64,000 nucleotides of DNA. It comes from a virus. The notes below the pieces were generated by a model. It was not told where the DNA came from and did no database searches. It worked only from the letters and a program-made list of their open reading frames with translations. Position numbers and translations under genes: made by a program. Location of the stretch: the IMG/VR virus record IMGVR_UViG_3300005573_000055, positions 91,524 to 155,523 of that record; one strand, given 5' to 3'. The first letter of the stretch is position 1; every line of letters starts with the position of its first letter. This document shows positions 8,721-16,338 of this stretch, in pieces.

Positions 8721-8945
8721 CTATTTCAGCAGATATTCCTTTTCGATCTCGTTTGTCTTCTCGTCGTAGCGGTATACCCATACTACCGCATCGTCGCTGA
8801 CAAGTCCGGATTGGATGCGCTCCTTGAGGAGCTCGTAATCTTCCTCCGTCATTAGGATGCCGGAGGCGTCGTGAATGCCACCGTCGGCGATGAAGAATAC
8901 GCCGTAAGGACGGGGATCTTGTGAAAATATTGATAGTAAGTCCAT
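8721..8945 (-). CDS. hypothetical protein
   Basis: ORF with AGGAGG RBS. Confidence 0.7.
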   Translation of the reverse strand: MDLLSIFSQDPRPYGVFFIADGGIHDASGILMTEEDYELLKERIQSGLVSDDAVVWVYRYDEKTNEIEKEYLLK

Positions 8946-8981
8946 GTTACTCCTCCTATTTTAAGTGTTGTTTATTATCAT

Positions 8982-9088
8982 CAATGCTAATGTAGTTCGA
9001 TTAATAGATGCGTGTGTGCTAATGGGAGCGTGTGTGTGTCAATGCGGGCGTGTGTGTGTCGAGGCGGCTCCCCTTTTAGCCACCGCAC
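8982..9088 (-). promoter_or_regulatory. repeated promoter-like module, copy 2
   Basis: Same hairpin, three ACACACGC boxes, AATCGAACTACATTAG upstream of 8945. Confidence 0.6.
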
Positions 9089-9117
9089 GTTCAAAATTAC
9101 CCCTTAGTGGGGTAATT

Positions 9118-9160
9118 AAAAAAAATAAATACAATATTCACCCGATGAAAGGTGAATATA
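9118..9160 (-). terminator. probable intrinsic terminator downstream of csx3 cassette
   Basis: ATATTCACC-loop-GGTGAATAT followed by TGTATTTATTTTTTT on the minus strand. Confidence 0.45.
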
Positions 9161-9250
9161 TGGAAGGCTCATCAGCCCTCCTCCTTTTGTTTGACTGCCC
9201 CACTTTCCCGGGGCTTGGGGTTTTTTAAGGTGGTTTTCTCCACCATCATT

Positions 9251-9299
9251 GCCCCCACGCCAGACTTGAACTGGCTGCTGGCCCTACCCAGGGTGGGGC
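9251..9299 (-). ncRNA. tRNA-like mini-element A (no anticodon arm)
   Basis: GCCCCAC-C-CUGG GUAGGG CCAG-CA-GCCAG UUCAAGU CUGGC-GUGGGGGC. Confidence 0.7.
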
Positions 9300-9319
9300 G
9301 GCAAGGTAGGCAGACGTGA

Positions 9320-9607
9320 CTATTTAATCACGTCGCCTACCTTGTACTCGGGGTTGTGGCTTACTGAAACCACGTATCCCCCGAGTTTGGGGTCAAAAAC
9401 TGCGATGCTGCCGACGGTGTGCGCATACTTATGTATGAGCACTGCGGCTACCGGAAGGGATGCTGGCCCGTTGACTTTTAGCAACGGGATCCCTTTAATT
9501 TCCGGGGCGTTGTCTTTTACAAACTGAACGAGTTCGGCGTTTGTTGCCGGGTCGCCGAACCCGATCGTTAATGTGTCGTTATTAAATGACATATTGAATA
9601 ATGCCAT
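9320..9607 (-). CDS. csx3: Csx3/Crn3-family cyclic oligoadenylate ring nuclease (95 aa)
   Basis: True start ATG 9607 after AAAAGGAGG; TIGFGDPATN, KVNGPASLPVAAVLIH, AVFDPKLGGYVVSVSHNPEYKVGD match the Csx3 family. Confidence 0.85.
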   Translation of the reverse strand: MALFNMSFNNDTLTIGFGDPATNAELVQFVKDNAPEIKGIPLLKVNGPASLPVAAVLIHKYAHTVGSIAVFDPKLGGYVVSVSHNPEYKVGDVIK

Positions 9608-9653
9608 GTTAACCTCCTTTTTAAAGTTATTAAATAATAATTTATGATGAATT

Positions 9654-9709
9654 TGGCTCAGGCGGGACTTGAACACCGCTCTCTCAGGCTTCCAGCAGCC
9701 ACTGAGCCA
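9654..9709 (-). ncRNA. tRNA-like mini-element B (no anticodon arm)
   Basis: GGCUCAG-U-GGCU GCUGGA AGCC-UGAGAGA-GCGG(U)G UUCAAGU CCCGC-CUGAGCC-A. Confidence 0.65.
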
Positions 9710-9711
9710 CC

Positions 9712-10080
9712 ACACAAGCTATCTTAGTAGCTCGATAGCTTGCAGTCTCGCTGATCACCCCTTCCCTTGAGCTCCGATGCTACTATCGTTGCTCAAGGTT
9801 CCGTCGGGTTTACTCAGCTACCCGAAGCCCAATTAGCGTTACCCAGGACGCGCCACGTGGAGGCTTGGGCTTTTGCGTCCCACAACATTACTGGCTAAGT
9901 GGGACAGCCAGTGTCCGTTATGTGGCTGATCCGTGGAGCATTGCACTCCGGTGAGTGGACGCCACATCGGCCTGCTGAGGCGAGGCCACACCTTGGGTCT
10001 TCGAGCCGCTTGGGCGGAATGGGTCCACGGCTCTGAGACCCATAAACCTATAAGCCAGGCTTAGCCTAGCTTATAGGCTA
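9712..10080 (-). ncRNA. putative large structured RNA 1 (~370 nt)
   Basis: No credible ORF; successive stems, H-type pseudoknot at 9877-9912, loop-loop complementarities CUCAGC/GCUGAG and AGUAGC/GCUACU. Confidence 0.6.
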
Positions 10081-10119
10081 TTCTTTATCCCCTTAAAGGG
10101 ACCACATAGACACGGCGGA

Positions 10120-10500
10120 GGTAGGTTGGTTATATGACCCGGGTTAGGTGGGGTCCGCCGCTGATACATGCGAGCAGAGCGAATGTAGACTAAGTAGGTA
10201 TAGCTCTGGCTTCCCGGGTCTGGTTGGTCTTCGCAAGGGAGTGTGTGTAGGCGGAGCGGGTACATGGAAGGTTTTAGCGACCCAGGTTAGGTGGGCACCG
10301 CCGGGTACACATGTGAGGTGGGGACGGAGCCATGGATGGTTTTAGCGACCCATGGAGGGGTGGTAGACTGGGGCGTGTGTGAGGCGGAGCGGAGGTGGGT
10401 TGATTTAGGGTCAACAGGTCAGGTTAGGTTGGCCCAGGTTGGTCAGGCTGGACAGGCCTCCGTTGGGGGCGTGTGTGAGGCGGAGCGGAGGCCTGTCTTG
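10120..10500. repeat. G-rich non-coding region with direct repeats
   Basis: GGGGCGTGTGTGAGGCGGAGCGGAGG x2 (~10370, ~10466) plus a variant at ~10240; GGTTTTAGCGACCCA x2; GGTTAGGTGGG x2. Confidence 0.75.
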
Positions 10501-10866
10501 CTAGTCTAACTCGCTCCAGTCGAAGCCGTTAATTCTAACTACCGGCTTCTTCTTTGTAATCGCTGAAGCGAGTTTCCTAGCGTTGCAATACGCTGGCCGT
10601 GCACCACAATTGACGTGCAGCACTTCGGCAACGATCTCTTTCCAGTTATTCCTCTCTTTGAGACGTTGCACGTACCAGTGCTCCACGTTGGGTCGGGTAT
10701 CTTTGATGCCACTGCCCCATTTGATCTGGATAGCATAAGCTATCCCATCAATTATGACAATGACATCAATCTTGGCCTCGTGGTCAAGGCGTTTATGTGT
10801 AATCACCTCGAATCCACTATTCCTGAGCGCATCGACAATCATGCGCTCGAGGATGAGACCATTCAT
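10501..10866 (-). CDS. PD-(D/E)XK family nuclease
   Basis: E..I...L...GF.V...LDHEAKIDVIV...AIQIK pattern. Confidence 0.65.
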   Translation of the reverse strand: MNGLILERMIVDALRNSGFEVITHKRLDHEAKIDVIVIIDGIAYAIQIKWGSGIKDTRPNVEHWYVQRLKERNNWKEIVAEVLHVNCGARPAYCNARKLASAITKKKPVVRINGFDWSELD

Positions 10867-11357
10867 AATGCCCTCCCGTTGTGGTTTAGCCAGCTACGAT
10901 CTGGCTCGGGCAGCTTCTTATAGCCCTCCTGTGGGTCGAATTGATAGATCTCTACATTGAAATGATGGAGACCTATCAACATCCCTATCAGGGCCGATAG
11001 ACCAATCGGACCGCTGAGGACTAATTTTATCTTGCAATTTTGGTTTTGTGCCATAGCACTGTAAACCTCTGTTGCAAGTTTTTTATAGTCCTCGTCGGTC
11101 ACTAACATTGGTCTACCGAGCACGAGGTTGACGTCTATCAGCGTGTCAAGTTCGCCAAAGTAGGCTTTGACAGCTTCGCTAACAGGACGTCCTACCTGCA
11201 GGGCTATAATATAGTCCTTGCCGCCTTCATTGGCATATTTTTTCTTCTTGGCAATCTTGGTCTGAGACCAGATTTTAACAGTGATTGCCAAGGAGACTAA
11301 TGCCAACAAAGGCTCGGCAATAGCCCAAGCCTGGGAGATGAATTCAAAGAGGTTCAT
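10863..11357 (-). CDS. N-terminal TM helix + SAVED/CARF-like domain protein
   Basis: Hydrophobic N-terminus; KIKLVLSGPIGLSALIG...VEIYQF....Y resembles the SAVED C-terminal half. Confidence 0.55.
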   Translation of the reverse strand: MNLFEFISQAWAIAEPLLALVSLAITVKIWSQTKIAKKKKYANEGGKDYIIALQVGRPVSEAVKAYFGELDTLIDVNLVLGRPMLVTDEDYKKLATEVYSAMAQNQNCKIKLVLSGPIGLSALIGMLIGLHHFNVEIYQFDPQEGYKKLPEPDRSWLNHNGRAL

Positions 11358-11409
11358 GACTGCCTCCCGATGGCTAAACTTAGAACTGGTATAACGGTCT
11401 ATAGAATGG

Positions 11410-12231
11410 CTAAACTATCCTGCCTCCGTTATACCAGTACATGAACCCTCCTGGAGCCCATTTTGTCCTAAGCCCCATTCTCAGTTCAGGGAACTTTCTG
11501 GAAACCTCATCAAGATATTCCATAGTGGTCTCCAGCGGCAATGGTCGCCAATCAATTCCAGACACGGGCTTGTATACCCTGACTGTCCAGAATTTATTGT
11601 CGACATTGCCATGCTTAACAACCATCTCTGCGATGTGCAGGAAATCATCCAAGGTGGTTGTAGAAAATACGCATGTGCGTACATCTACAAGCACACCTTT
11701 ATTGCTTAAGATCTCCTGAACACGCAGGGAGTTGTTGAGCATTTTTTCTCCCTGACCGTTTCTGAGGCCAGCGCGCATATTGAATTCTGCGCCGTCTGCG
11801 GCCTTAAGATCAATTGCTGCATAATCCAAATACGGCAGCAGCATTTCAACAAATTTAGGACTGCTGCCATTATGCGCAATTGAAATCTTCTGGCCACGTT
11901 CAGCACAGAAGCGCGCTATATCCATAGAGTCTTTGATAAAGACACAAGGATCGCCTCCAGAAAGACGAATCCTTTCGCCTTTATCTAAGGACTCCTGGAT
12001 CAGAGAGAATATCTCTGAGGCTTTATATCTTCCGGCAGTGATTATGTCACCTTTGTCGGTGACAAACTGCCCGTCGCGTTTGCAATATGGGCAGTGGAAG
12101 TTACACCTGCCGAAAGAGATAATCCTCATCATCTCTATTTCCCTACCAAATAACTTGAGGAAATAGGCCGGTCGCACTTCTGCAGCCGGCTTTCCTCCGT
12201 AGGGAATGAGAGTGAGTATTCTCTCTTTCAT
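11410..12231 (-). CDS. radical SAM protein (PflA/NrdG activase-like)
   Basis: CNFHCPYC, SGGDP, HNGS, DYAAIDLKA, VDVRT; start ATG 12231 after GGAGG. Confidence 0.85.
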   Translation of the reverse strand: MKERILTLIPYGGKPAAEVRPAYFLKLFGREIEMMRIISFGRCNFHCPYCKRDGQFVTDKGDIITAGRYKASEIFSLIQESLDKGERIRLSGGDPCVFIKDSMDIARFCAERGQKISIAHNGSSPKFVEMLLPYLDYAAIDLKAADGAEFNMRAGLRNGQGEKMLNNSLRVQEILSNKGVLVDVRTCVFSTTTLDDFLHIAEMVVKHGNVDNKFWTVRVYKPVSGIDWRPLPLETTMEYLDEVSRKFPELRMGLRTKWAPGGFMYWYNGGRIV

Positions 12232-12290
12232 GTGGCCTCCAGGCTGGAGGTTCATGTTCATTGATTTATTTTATCTATTATCTACTATCC

Positions 12291-15029
12291 TTAATCCTCC
12301 TTTCTTAATTTAAACTTAACGCTGAAGCCAGTCGGCTTGCCAGTCTTAACACTGATGTAAGGATATACCTCGTCAACTCGGTAATATCCTTCATCAATGT
12401 TGCGGCATTCATCGCCGACTTTGAACTTCAGCTTCTGACCGCCTACTGAGATGCTAAAGGTCTTTATTTCTTTGCCATTAGCATCTCTTTCGGCGGTAAT
12501 TTCTACGAGTGAATCTCTGTGTTTTGTTCTGGCATTGATGTCCAATGCTTCGAACATTTCACAGAGATTCAGCTCGTCAGCGTATACCCGCACCTCGAAC
12601 GTTGGCAGTGCGGCATTAAAGAAGTTGCTTGTGGCAATATACCACTTCAACTCCTTGGTGCCGCCAATGCCAAGCTCGCAGAGCACCTCAAGGAGTACCT
12701 GCCATACGCCATTGATGAACAGGTATCCTTGAGATTTGCGCTTCTGCGGGTCATTGCTGGTTGCTATGTATTCGAGGACCGAATATACAACAGCCTTTTG
12801 GTCCTCTTTACATAGTGCCATGAACTGCAAAGAATACTTCTTATTAATTTCTCGTATCTTTGCAATTCTGGCATCAACGTCTCGCTTGAGCTCTTCGATT
12901 TTATTAAGAGCTGCAATTTCGCCCTTATAATCGAAGTAGCTCCTGAGTTTTCTGCCGTATTTAGCGAGACGCTCAGCAATGGCCTGCTGCTGGCGCACAC
13001 TCAGGTGCGGGTACACCTGGTCGGCAATACCAGCCTGCAGCTTGCCAAAGACCTCTTTGACAATTCCGTTCATATTTCTGACGAAATTGTCAATTATGGA
13101 GTCTTTGACAATCCGAGAATCCCCTTCCTCTCTGAAGAATCGAGGAGCAAGGAATGCAAAGCATTGAGACTGCTTGATTGCATCAATGCAAGCCTCAACC
13201 TTTACCGCCTGCTCTTCATATCCTTCAGCTGAACCCTTCTGGACTCTATCAATAATGGGTTCAAACTGGAAGGAATTCTCCTGCAGGGTCTGGTAGAGGG
13301 CCATGAGATCCTTGTCTTTGTTGCCAAAGACGAAGATCTCGACCTTTAGGGCAGCCTTAAGCATCTCAACATTGGCTGCGCGGCCAATGATGTATGCTTT
13401 GCCCGCGAAGTCTCTAACAGATTGTAATAGTTTTTCATCTTCTGTTAGAGTTGGCCCGATAGCTTTGATAGCTGTGGCGGTAAGTGTATCTACAAGACCG
13501 CTTACAGCCATGAAAGCTTTGGCCACATCTGCGGGCAGGTTGCCCTTAGGTCCGGCTGCCTGAGGAGCTTCGGCTTTAGCCTTAGCTTCCCCATCAAGAG
13601 GTGTTTCGGCAGCTGGTACCCACTCTACATTACTCCAACCAGCTTTGCGAACAATAGAATATTCGCCAAGCTGATTTGGATTTCTGTAGAGCAGATACTT
13701 GCCTCTGCCCTTCTTGATGAGGACAAAGCTATCGTCGAAATCAGGACCGCCGTGTCGGGGTTTGAGTCTGAGATACTCATCCCAGCCAACGCACACGTTG
13801 TTCTGATCGACAATAACTCTGCCTTCAGGCAGCCTTCCGAAGAATACCTTGCCATCTTCGACTTTAACGATAGATGTAAGGTATCTTCTTTTGGCCCCTG
13901 GCACGAAGACTCTGGGCCATTGGGACTCATCGGCTTTGCCGGTGCCCCATTTTGGCCCATAGAACTTCTTGCCGACCAGCCGAATAACGTCCATGACCAG
14001 AGGTCTAAAGACGCTCCAGTCTACTCCGGCTTTGATGAACTCTTTGAGTCTCCACCCGCTACTGCCAAGTGGATTGAGCTCATCTTCTTCCGGATCAACG
14101 TTGTCCGGCATTGTCTCTTCGGCATCGCCGTCGTCGATGCTGAGGATGATCTCGTTAAATTTCTCACGATCGGTGAGAGCATTAACAATATATCTCACCG
14201 TCTCACCGAGATATTTAACGAGTTTTTCGGCCCTCAGCTGACCAACTGCCAATAGATTGAGTGCAGATTGCACATCAATCATGACGTGGTCGTTGCCGTG
14301 GACCTCCTCAGCAATCGCCCAGACAACATCACGAGCTTTGACGCCGTGGTCTTTGCACCACTGAGCGTTAATGGCAAGCTCGCGTTTGATGTTGCTTTCG
14401 GCGATATAAATATCGTTAACAGGGACTTTGTTGGAAACAACAATGTGTCCCTTAACGAATTTATCACCGAGCAACATCGTGATGCTGCCTCGACGGCGAA
14501 CGCCGAGTAGCGCTGCGGCGCCGCTGCCAGCAACTACCTGGCCGTCTAAGGCTATGTAACCAGGTATATACTTAATATTAATATACTCTGGTATAGCCTT
14601 GAGGCCTTTGGCCGAAGATAGCCTCAACAGTCGGCCGATTCTCTTTCCAGCCGTCTGTTTGTTGGCATCTTCTTTGGCCTTAATCGGTAGCTGCATCAGC
14701 TTTCCAGCACTGTCAAATATTTTGACAATGTACAGATCTGTATCTTTGTGATAACAGATCGTACTATTGTCAAAATGATTTGCAATGCTGTCAAGCTGCG
14801 GCTTGGTGTCATTGCCGATAGTCGAGTGTTCAACTATCGTCAAGACCCAGCCTTCAGCAAAAGCATCTATAAATCCTGGTCTGAGATCAGGATTATAGAA
14901 CTTTTGCTGAACTGGCAGCGCTCCGATCAATTCCTTTTCGGCAGCTAAGATGGCTTGCTTGCTTTCTCCGTAGAGATAAGCAGTGAAGCCATCCTGATAG
15001 TTGCCGATTAGGAATGCCTTAACTGTCAT
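12291..15029 (-). CDS. large hypothetical protein, candidate divergent two-barrel nucleotidyl polymerase
   Basis: Start at ATG 15029 after AAGGAGG; HGGPDFDD followed by YRNPNQLGEY. The CDS is certain, the function speculative. Confidence 0.45.
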   Translation of the reverse strand: MTVKAFLIGNYQDGFTAYLYGESKQAILAAEKELIGALPVQQKFYNPDLRPGFIDAFAEGWVLTIVEHSTIGNDTKPQLDSIANHFDNSTICYHKDTDLYIVKIFDSAGKLMQLPIKAKEDANKQTAGKRIGRLLRLSSAKGLKAIPEYINIKYIPGYIALDGQVVAGSGAAALLGVRRRGSITMLLGDKFVKGHIVVSNKVPVNDIYIAESNIKRELAINAQWCKDHGVKARDVVWAIAEEVHGNDHVMIDVQSALNLLAVGQLRAEKLVKYLGETVRYIVNALTDREKFNEIILSIDDGDAEETMPDNVDPEEDELNPLGSSGWRLKEFIKAGVDWSVFRPLVMDVIRLVGKKFYGPKWGTGKADESQWPRVFVPGAKRRYLTSIVKVEDGKVFFGRLPEGRVIVDQNNVCVGWDEYLRLKPRHGGPDFDDSFVLIKKGRGKYLLYRNPNQLGEYSIVRKAGWSNVEWVPAAETPLDGEAKAKAEAPQAAGPKGNLPADVAKAFMAVSGLVDTLTATAIKAIGPTLTEDEKLLQSVRDFAGKAYIIGRAANVEMLKAALKVEIFVFGNKDKDLMALYQTLQENSFQFEPIIDRVQKGSAEGYEEQAVKVEACIDAIKQSQCFAFLAPRFFREEGDSRIVKDSIIDNFVRNMNGIVKEVFGKLQAGIADQVYPHLSVRQQQAIAERLAKYGRKLRSYFDYKGEIAALNKIEELKRDVDARIAKIREINKKYSLQFMALCKEDQKAVVYSVLEYIATSNDPQKRKSQGYLFINGVWQVLLEVLCELGIGGTKELKWYIATSNFFNAALPTFEVRVYADELNLCEMFEALDINARTKHRDSLVEITAERDANGKEIKTFSISVGGQKLKFKVGDECRNIDEGYYRVDEVYPYISVKTGKPTGFSVKFKLRKED

Positions 15030-15077
15030 GGCAGCCTCCTTCATGCTTGCCATGCAGTTTTTGGCTTCTCTTCTATT

Positions 15078-15869
15078 TTAGAAGGACATCAAGCTTGGTC
15101 TTTCGCCAAGCTCTTCGAGCTTGCGAAGACTAGCTTGATATGTTTCCTTTAAGTATGCTAATGTCTCCTTGTATTGGGCAACAAAGTCTCGCTTCATCTT
15201 ACGGGCGAGACTGTTGCCAAATTCCTTTTTGAAATGGGCCGTTTTGTATTTAATATATTTGGCCCAATTTTTGATCTTTTTCCGGAAATATTTAACATCC
15301 CGGAAAATTTCTTTGTATTCTTTTAACCAAATCTTTTCGGCTTTTTTAGCCTTTTTGATTTGGTCGAATAATTTAGCTGCAGCATCCATAATGGTAAGAT
15401 GCTTCTTACCGATTATGTCTACTGCCGTCCATGCGGATTTGGCACCGACTTCTTGTGCCTTCTCTGCATAGAACTTATTCAGTTGCTCAATTGATTTATT
15501 AAGCTTTTTGAGCACTGAACTGTAAATTCTTTGGGCTCTGGTCAAACCGATACCGCGTACCGTGACCTGACCCTTCATTCTTCTAAGGGTGGTGACGGCA
15601 CGGGCTTTGTCGACCAATTTGTAAGCCCACTGAAGCTTCCAGCTGAGCCTTCTGACTCTAGCTTTCAGCTTTTTTTCTGTCTCATTCATTTTATTTATTT
15701 TGATTTTTGGGGCCCTTGCCACCTTGTCCTTTAGGACGAGGAGCTTGGCGGCCTGGACGGCGCCGGCCCCGACAGTTTTGTCCCCCGAAGCGGCTCTGTG
15801 GAGCACATCACGAGCCTCCTTCAGGGTGGCTGGCAGTTCTACCAGCCAATCCTTTTTAATTTTTTTCAT
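15078..15869 (-). CDS. highly basic helical protein
   Basis: Start at ATG 15869 after GAGG; very K/R-rich. Confidence 0.7.
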   Translation of the reverse strand: MKKIKKDWLVELPATLKEARDVLHRAASGDKTVGAGAVQAAKLLVLKDKVARAPKIKINKMNETEKKLKARVRRLSWKLQWAYKLVDKARAVTTLRRMKGQVTVRGIGLTRAQRIYSSVLKKLNKSIEQLNKFYAEKAQEVGAKSAWTAVDIIGKKHLTIMDAAAKLFDQIKKAKKAEKIWLKEYKEIFRDVKYFRKKIKNWAKYIKYKTAHFKKEFGNSLARKMKRDFVAQYKETLAYLKETYQASLRKLEELGERPSLMSF

Positions 15870-15879
15870 GATTTCCTCA

Positions 15880-16192
15880 AATTTTTGCTTGCAATACACC
15901 GGCGGTTTTTGTATATTGCAAGCGGTTTTGGTTTTTACCAAACCGCCCTTAGCCGGGTAGCGTGTTTAGGCACGCTGCCCGACACATCTAATTGAATTTA
16001 GCGTCCCAATTAGCAAGGACGGTGCGTTGAAAAAGCAAGTCGCACGCTTGCCCTGTCAAACTCTACGGCACTGACAGGCATGCCCTTGTTGATTTGGCGC
16101 CACGAACCAGGCTCAACAAGCCAAGCCTGAGCAAAGCAGGAAGCGCGCATCGGTGGCACACCTCGCCGAAGCGGGTGCTCATGCGTGCTGCA
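15880..16192 (-). ncRNA. structured leader / RNA 3 with tandem pseudoknots
   Basis: CAGGCU/AGCCUG + CUUGUUGA/UCAACAAG; GCAAG/CUUGC + GUGCG/CGCAC; CGUCC/GGACG + CUAAUUG/CAAUUAG; long terminal hairpins. Confidence 0.55.
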
Positions 16193-16247
16193 ATTATTTT
16201 TATTCCCCGTGTGTGTTATATTACACAGGGAACAATTCTAAAAAAAA

Positions 16248-16290
16248 TAGTTCGATTCAAGTGTGTGTGTGTGGCGTGTGTGTGATGCAC
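16248..16290 (-). promoter_or_regulatory. repeated promoter-like module, copy 3
   Basis: ACACACACGC boxes followed by AATCGAACTA upstream of the structured leader. Confidence 0.55.
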
Positions 16291-16338
16291 GCTACGCATA
16301 CACATAAAAGCGATTCAATCGTTAATCAACTAATTGAA

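Noticed and set aside
9160-9185. Hammerhead ribozyme (CUGAUGA on minus strand)
   Set aside because: The motif lies inside a simple hairpin and no correctly placed GAAA/stem III follows.
9251-9299. Functional tRNA genes or tmRNA (also 9654-9709 and 17552-17600)
   Set aside because: Only ~50 nt with no anticodon arm; no G3.U70 pair and no enclosed tag reading frame.
9608-9715. N-terminal extensions in the ORF track (csx3; also 15941, 17559, 18463, 20290)
   Set aside because: Extensions run through structured RNA or regulatory sequence; downstream starts have clear SD sites.
9735-9760. Group I intron R-like motif (AGCGAGACUGCA) in RNA 1
   Set aside because: No matching S element or P7 partner found and no interrupted gene flanks it.
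11410-12231. Viperin-like assignment for the radical SAM protein
   Set aside because: Motif pattern (GGDP, xNGS, DYxAIDLK, VRT) fits PflA/NrdG-type activases better.
16248-16258. tRNA T-loop (GTTCGATTC) on plus strand
   Set aside because: No flanking T-stem; better explained as the repeated AATCGAACTA motif on the minus strand.
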